Shown here piece by piece: positions 23,849 to 34,047 of a stretch of 64,000 bases of DNA; positions within the stretch are counted from its first letter, which is position 1; every line of letters starts with the position of its first letter. Both the position numbers and the translations under genes were made by a program. The stretch is from Squalus acanthias (Eukaryota), in the NCBI GenBank assembly GCA_030390025.1, contig CM059425.1:173540001-173604000 (forward strand), read 5' to 3'. Under the pieces are notes generated by a model. The model was not told the origin of the DNA and made no database searches. It saw nothing but the letters and a program-made list of their open reading frames with translations.

Positions 23849-25009
23849 CTAGAAGCGGCTTGCTATCAGCCGTTGACGGACGGCCCTTGCAGTTTCACCA
23901 TTGTGGGCCGCCCTCCCGCCTTGGTGCTGCTGATGATCATCCTCCTCGTCCTCTTCCTCCTCTTCCTCCTCCTCCTCTGGTGGTGCTCCAAGGCCTGGTG
24001 GCATTGACTGGGTCATGACGATTGCCATGTTATGCAACATGCAGCACACAACTACGAAGTTGGATACTCGCTCAGGCGAGTACTGCAGGGCTCCTCCAGA
24101 ATGGTCGAGACAGCGGAACCGTTGCTTCAGCACGCCGATTGTGCACTCAATGATGTTCATGGTAGCTTGATGGCTCTCGTTGTACCGCAGCTCAGCAGGG
24201 GTGTTGGGCGTACGGAGCGGTGTCGTCAGCCAGGTGCTCAATGGATACCCCTTGTCCCCGAGAAGCCAACCAACTGGCTGATGCGGTGCCTCGAAAAGTT
24301 CTGCCACAGTAGTCTGGCGCAGGATGAAAGCATCGTGGCAGCTGCCAGGATAGTGGGCATTGACAGCGAGTATCAGCTGTCTGTGGTCACAGACCAACTG
24401 AACATTCAAGGAATGGAACCCCTTTCTGTTCCGGAATTCCTCGGCATTCTCATGTGGAGCACGCAAAGCCACATGCGTGCAGTCAATGGCGCCCTGCACC
24501 ATGGGGAAGCCCGCTATCCTCGCAAAGCCCAGAGCGCGGTCACGCTGCTTGTCTGGGGTCATGGGGAAAGAGATGAACTCTCGTCTCCTTTTAAAGAGGG
24601 CATTTGTGACCTGCCGGATGCAGCAATGCACCGCGAACTGGGAGATATTGGCGAGGTCCCCAGCAGCAGCTTGAAATGAGCCAGTAGCATAGAAGTTGAG
24701 AGCCACTGTGACCTTCACTGCCACCGACAGAGACGTCCTGGACCTCAGTTGAGGCTGCAGATCTGGCTGCAGCAGGTGGCAGAGCTCAGTGACCACCTCC
24801 TTGCTGAATCGCAGCCTTCGCAAACACAGCTCCTCAGACATATGAATGTAGGAGAGCTGTTCACGATATACCCTGGGAGGGTAAGCTCTCCTGTACATAC
24901 GCCTGTTGGCCCTCCTCCATCTGGCCATCATTGCCACTCTCTCTCTGCGTCTCTGTGTCCTCCGATTCAGCTGGAGCAGGACGACGCCCCCAATCAGTGC
25001 AGCCCCCAT
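23849..25009 (-). CDS. Harbinger DDE transposase, family A, copy A2 (386 aa from ATG 25009), open
   Basis: GAIDCTH, HDAFIL, GDKGY, IIECTIGVLKQRF, CCMLHN. Confidence 0.95.
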   Translation of the reverse strand: MGAALIGGVVLLQLNRRTQRRRERVAMMARWRRANRRMYRRAYPPRVYREQLSYIHMSEELCLRRLRFSKEVVTELCHLLQPDLQPQLRSRTSLSVAVKVTVALNFYATGSFQAAAGDLANISQFAVHCCIRQVTNALFKRRREFISFPMTPDKQRDRALGFARIAGFPMVQGAIDCTHVALRAPHENAEEFRNRKGFHSLNVQLVCDHRQLILAVNAHYPGSCHDAFILRQTTVAELFEAPHQPVGWLLGDKGYPLSTWLTTPLRTPNTPAELRYNESHQATMNIIECTIGVLKQRFRCLDHSGGALQYSPERVSNFVVVCCMLHNMAIVMTQSMPPGLGAPPEEEEEEEEEDEEDDHQQHQGGRAAHNGETARAVRQRLIASRF

Positions 25010-25647
25010 ATTCTCTTTGCAAGCAAAGTTATGAAGGACAGCAACCAAAGTACCAGCGAAGTTAGGATCAGTAGGCAAAACTACCTCACACAGCGTTGAC
25101 TCAATGCAGAAGTCTCTCTTTCTCTCTCTCCGAACCTCTCTCTCTCTCAGAACGAGTGGTGCAAAAATGTCAACCACAGAAAAAGACAGGAAGAGGCCCC
25201 CTTTAAATAGCGCCCCCCCCAGCCCCACAGCGATTGATAGCGTTCCAGTCTTCCGGTCGTTGGATGCGCCAGGCGGTAAGGCAGGGGGCGCCACTCAATT
25301 TCCGCTCCGGGGCGCCACAAGGGCGTTGCACCATGGAATGACGTCACAATCTGCGCGCGCAGGTGGTCGCAGCGGTAAAGTTTAGTGCCGCCGCACAATG
25401 TCTAGTTAAGTTCCCGTGAGGCGCAAACATCGCTGCGCCCGGGCGCTAGCGGCTTTGCGCCCCATTAGCGCTCTCTTAAGGCACTAACGGGAGGCGCAAC
25501 CAACTGAATTTTTACCCCTTTATGTTTACAAATGTTTGAAAAGTAGAAAATAGCTAGTTAACATTTAAAAGTTATAAACTATGGACATCAAAACTGAATC
25601 TCAAAAGTCTTTGATGCTGCAATAAAAGTTCACTGTTTCACTTTAAA

Positions 25648-27692
25648 TTGTGTCTAACAAGGGAAATTAGGGATAGCATAAGATCCAAGGAGAGGGCATA
25701 TAAATTGGCCAGAAAAAGCGGTAACCCTGAGGATTGGGAGCAGTTTAGGATTCAACAAAGGAGGACAAAGCGATTAATTAAGAAGGGGAAAATAGAAAAT
25801 GAAAGTAAGCTTGCAGGGAACATAAAAACTGACTGTAAGAGCTTTTATAGATATGTGAAGAGAAAAAGATTAGTGATATCAAGTGTAGGTCCCTTGCAGT
25901 CAGAAGCGGGGGAAGTTATAATGGGGAACAAAGAAATGGCAGACCAATTAAATGCATATTTTGGTTCTGTCTTCACAAAGGAGGACACAAATAACCTCCC
26001 AGAGATGTTGGAGAACATAGGGTCTGATGAAAGGGAGGAACTGAAAGAAATCAGTATTTGCAGGGAAATGGTGTTAGGGAAATTGACGGGATTGAAGGCC
26101 GATAAATCCCCAGGGCCTGATAATCTACATCCTAGGGTACTTAAGGAAGTGGTCCTAGAAATAGTAGATGCATTGCTGATCATCTACCAACATTCGATGG
26201 AATCTGGAACTGTACCCATGGATTGGAGGGTAGCTAATGTTACCCCACTATTCAAAAAGGGTGGTAGAGAGAAAGCGGGGAATTACAGACCGGTAAGCCT
26301 GACATCGGTAGTGGGGAAAATGCTAGAGTCCATTATAAAGGATGTAATAGCTGAGCACTTGAAAAACAGTGACAGGATCGGACAAAGTCAACATGGATTT
26401 ACAAAAGGTAAATCATGCTTGACTAATCTACTGGAATTTTTTGAGGATGTAACTGGGAAAATAGATAAGGGAGAACCAGTAGATGTGGTGTATTTGGACT
26501 TTCAAAAGGCTTTCGATAAGGTCCCACATAAGAGATTAGCGTGTAAAGTTAAGGCACATGGCATTGGGGGCAAGGTATTGACTTGGATAGAGAACTGGTT
26601 GGCGCACAGAAAGCAGAGAGTAGGAATTAATGGGTCTTTTTCCGAGTGGCAGGCAGTGACTGGTGGGGTACCGCAGGGATCGGTCCTTGGACCCCAGCTA
26701 TTCACAATATACATTAATGATCTAGATAAGGGAACTAAATGTAATATCTCCAAGTTTGCAGATGACACAAAGCTGGGTGGGCATGTGTGCTGTGAGGAGG
26801 ATACCGAGAAACTCCAGGATGATTTGGACAGGTTGGGTGAGTGGGCAGAAGCGTGGCAGATGCAATATAACATGGATAAATGCGAGGTTATCCACTTTGG
26901 TGTCAAAAACAGAAAGGCAGACTATTATCTGAATGGCAATAGATTGGGAGAAGGGGAAGTGCAACGAGACCTGGGTGTCCTTGTGCACCAGTCGCTGAAG
27001 GTAAGCATGCAGGTGCAGCAGGCGGTGCAGGAGGCAAATGGTATGTTGGCCTTCATAGCGAAAGGGTTTGAGTATAGGAACAGGGATGTCCTGCTGCAGT
27101 TATACAGGGCCTTGGTGAGACCACACCTTGAGTACTGCGTGCAGTTTTGGTCGCCTTATCTGAGGAAGGATGTTCTTGCCATGGAAGGAGTTCAGCGAAG
27201 ATTCACAAGGCTGATACCTGGGATGGCAGAAATGACATATGAGGAGAGATTGGGTCGATTGGGCTTATACTCGCTGGAGTATAGAAGAATGAGAGGGGAT
27301 CTCATCGAAACATATAAAATTCTGACAGGTCTGGACAAACTAGATGCAGGAAGAATGTTCCCAATGGTCGGAGAGTCCAGAACCAGGGGTCATAATCTAA
27401 GGATAAGGGGTAAGCCATTTAGGACAGAAATTAGGAAGAATTTCTTCACCCAGAGAGTGGTGAACCTGTGGAATTCTCTGCCACAGAAGGTAGTTGAGGC
27501 CAAGTCATTAAATATATTCAAGAATGAGTTAGATATATTTCTTAAAGCTAAAGGTATTAAGGGATATAGGGAGAAGGCAGGTACAGGGTACTGAGTTTGG
27601 ATGATCAGCCATGATCTCATCGAATGGCGGAGCAGGCTCGAGGGGCCGAATGGCCTACTCCTGCTCCTATCTTCTATGTTTCTATGTATGTT
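25648..27692 (+). mobile_element. 5'-truncated CR1 LINE with an uninterrupted 648-aa ORF2 segment (RT domain)
   Basis: KSPGPD, NYRPVSLTS, YLDFQKAFDKV, GVPQGSVLGP, KFADD. Tail CTATGTTTCTATGT. Confidence 0.96.
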
Positions 27693-27736
27693 TCCTTTCT
27701 TTGCCTTGCTGGGGGAGGGGGAGGTACAAGGCGACA

Positions 27737-28882
27737 CTACCTCGTGAAGGTGTTGGCTACTAGCTGTGCCCGAGCAGCCTTACTTTCAGCAGCACTTGGC
27801 TCCTCCCCATCAGGCCTGGCCACAGGCACATTGGCATCGTCCACGTCCTCCATTTCAGCAGGGAGCTCCTCTGCACCGTTAAGGGTCAGTCCTTCCCGCA
27901 GGGCAAAGTTATGCAAAGCACAACAGGCCACCACAATTCTTCCCACTTTCTGAGGAGAATACTGCAAGGTCCCCCCTGACCTGTCCAGGCACTGGAAGCG
28001 TGATTTCAGAACTCCAATTGTCTTCTCCACCACTTGCCGTGTGGACACGTGTGCCTGGTTGTATCTCTCCTGAGCCTCATTATTGGTCTTGCGGTAGGGA
28101 GTCATCAGCCATGGTCTTAGCGGGTAGCCCTTGTCGCCCAATATCCATGCGGATCCTGGAGGCAATGCGCTGAGGGCGCCATATAAGTTCGAGTTACGGA
28201 GGACGAAGGAGTCATGATTACTTCCCCGGTGATTTGCATTCACATTTAGGATCCTGAGGTGCGCATCACAGACTATCATGACATTCAATGAATGAAACCC
28301 CTTCCTGTTGATGTATGTCACAGGTGCATCCACTGGTGCCTTCAATGCAATATGGGTTCCATCGATGGCCCCAATCACTTTGGGGAATCCAGCAATCCTA
28401 TAAAATGCAAGGGCCAAATCCTTTTGATGGCGAGTGGACAAGTCAAAGTCAATGAACTCTGAAGCCCTATGGAAAATGGCATCTGTGACCTGGTGAATGC
28501 AGGCCCTCGCAGCATTCTTGGAGATGTTGGTAATGTCACCGGTGCTTGCCTGAAATGACCCACTTGCAAAGAAGTTCAGTGCTGTGGTTACCTTCATGCT
28601 CACTGACAAGGCAGTGCGGGTCTTCGAGCATGTTTGAAGGTCCTCCTTTAACATGTCACATAGTCGGCCGATTGCCTCTTTACTGAAGCGCATCCTCCTC
28701 ACACACAACTCCTCCGACAGCATCTCAAATGACAGCCTCTCCCTGTACACTCTCTGGGGTGGGTAGTAGTTCCTCCTTCTCAGGAGACGGTTATAGTTCC
28801 TCCGTCTTTCTTGTTCCCTGGCATTTCCAATTCTCTGAAGCAAAATCGCACCGAGGACCAGGGCAGCATTCTCAAAGGGCAT
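27737..28882 (-). CDS. BC1 Harbinger DDE transposase (381 aa, open)
   Basis: GAIDGTH, INRKGFHSLNVMIVCD, GSNHDSFVL, ILGDKGY, VVEKTIGVLKSRF, CCALHN. Confidence 0.95.
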   Translation of the reverse strand: MPFENAALVLGAILLQRIGNAREQERRRNYNRLLRRRNYYPPQRVYRERLSFEMLSEELCVRRMRFSKEAIGRLCDMLKEDLQTCSKTRTALSVSMKVTTALNFFASGSFQASTGDITNISKNAARACIHQVTDAIFHRASEFIDFDLSTRHQKDLALAFYRIAGFPKVIGAIDGTHIALKAPVDAPVTYINRKGFHSLNVMIVCDAHLRILNVNANHRGSNHDSFVLRNSNLYGALSALPPGSAWILGDKGYPLRPWLMTPYRKTNNEAQERYNQAHVSTRQVVEKTIGVLKSRFQCLDRSGGTLQYSPQKVGRIVVACCALHNFALREGLTLNGAEELPAEMEDVDDANVPVARPDGEEPSAAESKAARAQLVANTFTR

Positions 28883-30028
28883 GTTTCTCCCTCACAGGCT
28901 TCCTCTTTAAACAGATTAAGTACTTGTAAGGAAAAAATGGAAAGAGTTGTTAAAATAATTTTAATAAAGTGAGTGGCTAGAAAATCATGTCGGGCTATGG
29001 TGGGAAAGGTGCGGTATCGGATTGGGAACACGTCATACCCGCCTGATGAATATCATGGCCCAAGATGATTTTCCAATAACTGTAACATTTTCAGAAAGTC
29101 ATACATACATACTTACTTAAAGGAATATAATTGATGATCATTTTCTTTTTTAAAACTTTTGGAAATGTTAAATAATTCATTTTTAAACAGTCATTTTCAT
29201 ATTTAAGAAAAAAATCTAATTCAATTAGGCCTTGCACACAGCAAGAGTTGCTCCTTATAACTACACTACTCAAAACAAGGTCCAAACCCGTTTTTAACAA
29301 ATTTTTTTACAATTGGAAACTTACCTCAGACTTTATGAAAAAAACTTTGCTCCCTTTCAGAATTAAAAATGCTCAGTTTAGTAGCCCCACTGGTGAAAGA
29401 TTTCTTCTTCCTGGTCGTTCCGGAGCTTCTAACAAGGCTTTACTCTTGCTTTTTAAAAGCGCAGCTGCTGGGGATTTACCCACACTGTACCAATTGAGAA
29501 AAATACCGAAGTTCAATGCGCACGCGCTGCCTCTCCGGCGCACGCGATTGAACTCCGAACCCTTTCCTTCAGGACACCGGAAGTTCCGGTTTCTAGTGCA
29601 TGCGCAGTGCATGCAAGAAACTGGCACTTCAGGTGGCTGTACGGGTGAGTACACAGCGCGTACTCACCCGACAAGCGCCGAATTTCTGGGCCACTATTTT
29701 TTCTCTTTTTAGAACTGTTAATGTTGTGATTGACTGATTCACCAACTGCAAATTGCATGTCGGTTCTTTTAATAAATCTCTATATATTTTTAGAATTGTC
29801 TCACATAAGTCTTCTGTATCAAAAACTTGTGAACTCAATTTCTGTACACTCTTTGGTGTAGAGTTACAGAATTCTGAGGGAGTTTTCCAGACCCTCATAA
29901 TATCCGGGATGTTACAGTCTAGCTAAACTTATTAAAAGCGCTATCTGGAGGACGGTAACAGTCTCGGGTTGTTCCTTTCCTTTAGGGAGAGATAGCCCGG
30001 ACCTTTAGACCCAGTTAAGCGTCTTTAG

Positions 30029-30087
30029 TAATAACAACAGAAAACGCTGGAAAAACTCAGCAGGCCAGACAGCATCCGTGGAGAGAG
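30029..30087 (-). mobile_element. 59-bp Penelope terminal fragment
   Basis: Matches 48540-48598. 12-bp TSD AAGCGTCTTTAG (30017-30028, 30088-30099). Confidence 0.8.
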
Positions 30088-30802
30088 AAGCGTCTTTAGG
30101 ATTCGGCTACCTCAAACTTTAGTTGAAAGTGAACGTCTGAGAAATACGCCTGATCCGGGGTAGCCCTAAAGGGGCTAGGACTAGTAAATATCCCTTCAAT
30201 AGGTAGAACTAGGAATGAGGTTCTGCTGAGGGAGTTTGAGGAGCTAGGATCCAAATTAAAAAGCAGAACTTCAAAGGTAATAATCTCTGGATTGTTACCT
30301 GAGCCACGTGCAAATTGGCATAGGGACAAACAGATTAGAGGTTTAAATGCTTGGCTCAAAGAGTGGTGTGGGATGAAGGGGTTTCAGTTCATGGGGCACT
30401 GGCACCAGTACTGGGGAAAGAGGGAGCTGTTCTGTTGGGACGGGCTCCACTTAAACCGGGCTGGGATCAGTGTCCTGGCGAACCGAATAACGAGGGCAGT
30501 AGACAGGGCTTTAAATTAATGAAGGGGGATTCAGGAAAGAGTAAATTTAAAAGCAGTGAGAGAAATGTCAAGGCTCTAGAGCAAAGTAGAGTTTTGGGTA
30601 AAAATAAGCAGAGTGGGTCAGGAAGGGACAGAGAGAGTAACAAAGGAAATAAGGCATCAGTGACTAAGGTGACATCAGGGAAAAATAGAAATAAGTCAAA
30701 GCTAAAGTCACTATATCTGAATGCATGAAGCATTTGCAACAAAATAATGAATTAATAGCGCAGATAGAAATTAATAGGTTTGATCTAATAGCCATAATGG
30801 AG

Positions 30803-33800
30803 AGGCTCAATTTTAATAGTCCTGAGGAGGCGGGTTTGGAGGCGGGTCTGTTGCGAAAATCGGAAAAAATGGCTTCAGACACCCAACCCACCTCAATCCC
30901 GCCCCCACCCGATTTTTGTGAATGTCTGTTTAGCCGCTCCCAAACTGACCCTGCTGGAACCGGTGGGACAGGTAGTTAAGGCACTTAACAGCTTGTTAAC
31001 TGCTTTGCTAATCCTATTTTTATAGTTGTTTCCCATTTTCGTGCTTCTGGCTCCTGTTTCCTGACTTGTCAGAAACAGGCCAGGTTCAAGGAGATGAGTT
31101 GCAGGAGGACATGATTTGTATGCATTGGTGGAGCACTTTAAAAGCGCCCCTGAAACATGGCTGACATTCAAATGCAACAAATTTGCTTTTGTAGGTATGG
31201 GATAACATTTTGCACATCTACTGACCTTGTGACTGTTCAAGCTGACACCCATCTGCAGTGTGACCTGAATGGAATAATTTCAGGCCACTTCGAATGTACG
31301 CTTGCAAGCTTGTTGCCTGAAATGAAATCTATAGCAAGAGGATGGGAAAAATTTATGCCCTCTCATCCTGGTCCTCATAATTGGAGGAGCAGCAGCCGTG
31401 TGGCTCAGTGCAGATCTTCCTGGGAAGAGGAGTAGAAGGAGGACGGGGGGGGGCGCCTTGCATGCCCTGTTGTGTCCAATGCAGCATCCCTCCAGTTCAC
31501 TGCTGCCTGTCAAGCAGGGTATGCACAATGCCATGCCACATTAGCATAAGCTTACTCTTCAACCATAGGTGGCCGCCATATGGCTCTGTAATTGCAGCCG
31601 ACATTTGTCCAACGTCATACATCATCTCTGCTATACCCGGTTATTTCCCATCACTTTTACCATCAGCATTACAAAAGCAAGTCGCCCTGAGCCCTCAATG
31701 CGCTTTTGCCATTTCCCAGAACACATAGGCCACACAATCAACTGTTTGCCATAATTTTTCTTTTACACATGATAAAAGGATAATAAACCAACAACAGTCA
31801 GAAAAAAAGACAAAACACATAAGTGAGTCCCCTTGTGACTATAGGTGCTTAATCTTTCGCTTATGTGTGCTTCTACATGGTGCTTCCCCTGTGGCTTCAG
31901 CAGATGTAGAGGCACCTTGCTGACTAGGATGCCGCGCCTGCTTAGACGCCTTTGGCAGGCGTCCTCTGCGTTTGGGAGCCTGGGAGGGCTCTTCAACAGT
32001 CTGCTCTTCCTGCGGCTGTGCAGGAGCTGAAACGGCCATCTCAGTTGTCTCCGCAAAGTGGGTCTCTGACCGAGGGCTCCGCAGTGGCATGGTCATGTGA
32101 GCGCTTTGAGAGGAGCCCACACTTTCTTCTGTCCTGCCAACAACATCCCTCTCGTGGGTCAGCCGCACCTCAGTGCCGGCAAGTGACAGGAGAGCACCTT
32201 GCTGCACTTCAGGGGGACCATGAGGACCCGTATCTGCACTGGCAGTCCTCATCACAAGGACGTCCATGAAGCTCTGGTCTCTCTGCTCAATAGCTGCCCA
32301 TCGCTCCTCCAGAGATGACATTCTATTTTGAACAGTCACCATGTTTTCCTGACTCTGGCGACTTATTTCCTCAATGGCGGTAGCCATCCTTTCCACTGAG
32401 GTAGCTATCCTTTCCACGGAGGTTGCCATCCTATCTATGGAGGTTGCCATCCTATCCATGGTGGTGCGTTCATGCACCATTGCCTCCACCACGGCAGTGC
32501 TGATGTTAGAGATGGACTCCTCCATTCTCTCCACGCTCACACTAACCCTGGAGGCAAAACCTTCCAGAGACTCCTGCACTTGTTACTGTATTTCCCGAGA
32601 CACTCTTTTTCTGGATGGCCCCAGAGGCACATCGTCTGCATGCAGCTCAGCAGAGCTAGGAGATTGCTGCGACCTCCGCCGAGGACTCTCCACTGCTGTC
32701 GCTGTCTCCAACACCTGTTGATGCTCACTTGTGCGCAGTGATAGACCAGGTGGTAACACTACTCTAACTCGCGATAGCCCCACCGAGGTGTGCGTTGCTG
32801 CGCTGGTGCTGGGTGCACTGAGTCCTGGTGACGCTGCTCCCTCAGAGGCTTCAGGTTCCTCTGAGGAGTTGTCCAGCTCTTCATCCTGGATCGTGGGGAG
32901 GGGGGCACTCGATGGTCCTGTGGGAGAGTAAAGGCATGATTTAGACATCTGATATTGATGTAGCAGACACATCCTTTTGAGCAGATGATACAATGCGATT
33001 CTTTATGAACATCATATGCCATTGCAGTCTGAGAGGCATGAAACTCTATTATATCACCAGCTTCCTCTAGTGTGCCCATCTCTCCATCGCCCACTTCCAG
33101 GTCTTCGCCACCTCCACCAATCTCGTATGCAGCCTCCTCAGCACTGGTCAATGTGGCTAGGGTAGGTGTTCCGCCTCCAGTCAGAGCTCTCTCCCGGTTA
33201 TTGTGGTCTATCTTTTCCTGCAAGGAGGGACACAAGCGGTGTTTCAGCCATAGTGATGGAGTGAGTGTGAATAATCCCTACCATAGAAGCTTTGAGTGAG
33301 ACGAAGATGGGGTAAGGTGCCAAGAGGAAGCTAGCTCCCTGTGCGTTGTTAGTTGTTGTCACTGCATAACAGTGAGAGCGAGTCTAAGGGATGCATAGGC
33401 AGGATGCTGAAGTGATTCAGTGCAGAGGCAGAGATGGATAGGTAAGGGTGCAAGGGAAGTAAGGGTAAGGTGGGATGTGAAGGAGGAGGCTTACACGCAG
33501 AATGCTGGTGATGAGAAGAGAAGGGAAGCAGATTGAAGGCAAGTGTGATGGGATATTCACTTTTGATGTTCGCACAAAATCATTGAACCTTTTTCAGCAC
33601 TGGATCCATGAGCGTGAACATATGGATCTTGCGCTGACCTCCTCAGCAATGCGCAGCTAGGCTGCCTTGGTCTGCTGAGGAGGCTTCCTCCAGCCATCAG
33701 GAGGGAAGAGAATCTTCCAGCGCCCTCTGACAGCATCCACAAGAGCATGGAGGGACTCATCATCAAATCAAGGAGCAGCCTTGCCTCTGGAAGAAGTCAT

Positions 33801-34047
33801 TGCGTATAAATCAAGTCCAGGAATCCACAAGAGAAAGGCTTAGACTGAAGGGCAGCTTTAAAAGCAGCTGCTATGATAACGTCATCAGAGGTGGCCAGCC
33901 GACCCGATCGCACTCATTGGACCGGCCAGCGCGCCCCATTGAAATCAACAAACTCATTAAATCAAAATCGGACATCAGCAGCTGATCCCGCCGGAAACAA
34001 CTCCGGAACCCGCACTCCAACCCGCCTCGGGAATTAAAATCGAGCCC
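30803..34047. mobile_element. Harbinger-type element D (Myb-like gene only; no recognisable transposase)
   Basis: TIRs AGGCTCAATTTTAAT / ATTAAAATCGAGCCC. Interrupts the CR1 endonuclease region. Confidence 0.8.
31839..33800 (-). pseudogene. Element D Myb/SANT-like gene; exons ~33800-33561, 33217-33058, 32917-31839; in-frame stops
   Basis: Exon 2 EKIDHNNRERALTGGG. Last exon has a heptad repeat and a basic tail RSTHKRKIKHL. Stops near 33770 and 32583. Confidence 0.8.

Larger units (their letters stand above)
21359..25518. mobile_element. Harbinger family A, copy A2, complete, nested in BC1
   Basis: TIRs GGGGGAAAAATTAGGT / ACTGAATTTTTACCCC. TSD TTT (21356-21358, 25519-25521). The empty-site sequence is seen in BC2 at ~39770-39810. 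Confidence 0.95.
18871..29692. mobile_element. Full-length Harbinger BC1 (host of nested A2 and a CR1)
   Basis: TIRs GGTCCAGAAATTCG / CGAATTTCTGGGCC (13/14 match). Flanks AAT / ACT. Myb-like gene (+) and transposase (-) are convergent. Confidence 0.9.

Noticed and set aside
25010..25294. 95-aa N-terminal extension of the A2 transposase (481-aa ORF)
   Set aside because: It begins at a non-ATG codon and is frameshifted in A1 by a CT-repeat length change. It is probably promoter/UTR/intron.
10968..25518. A1/A2 as a segmental duplication or assembly artefact
   Set aside because: Similarity stops at the element boundaries, the flanks differ, and the copies have many substitutions and different VNTR lengths.
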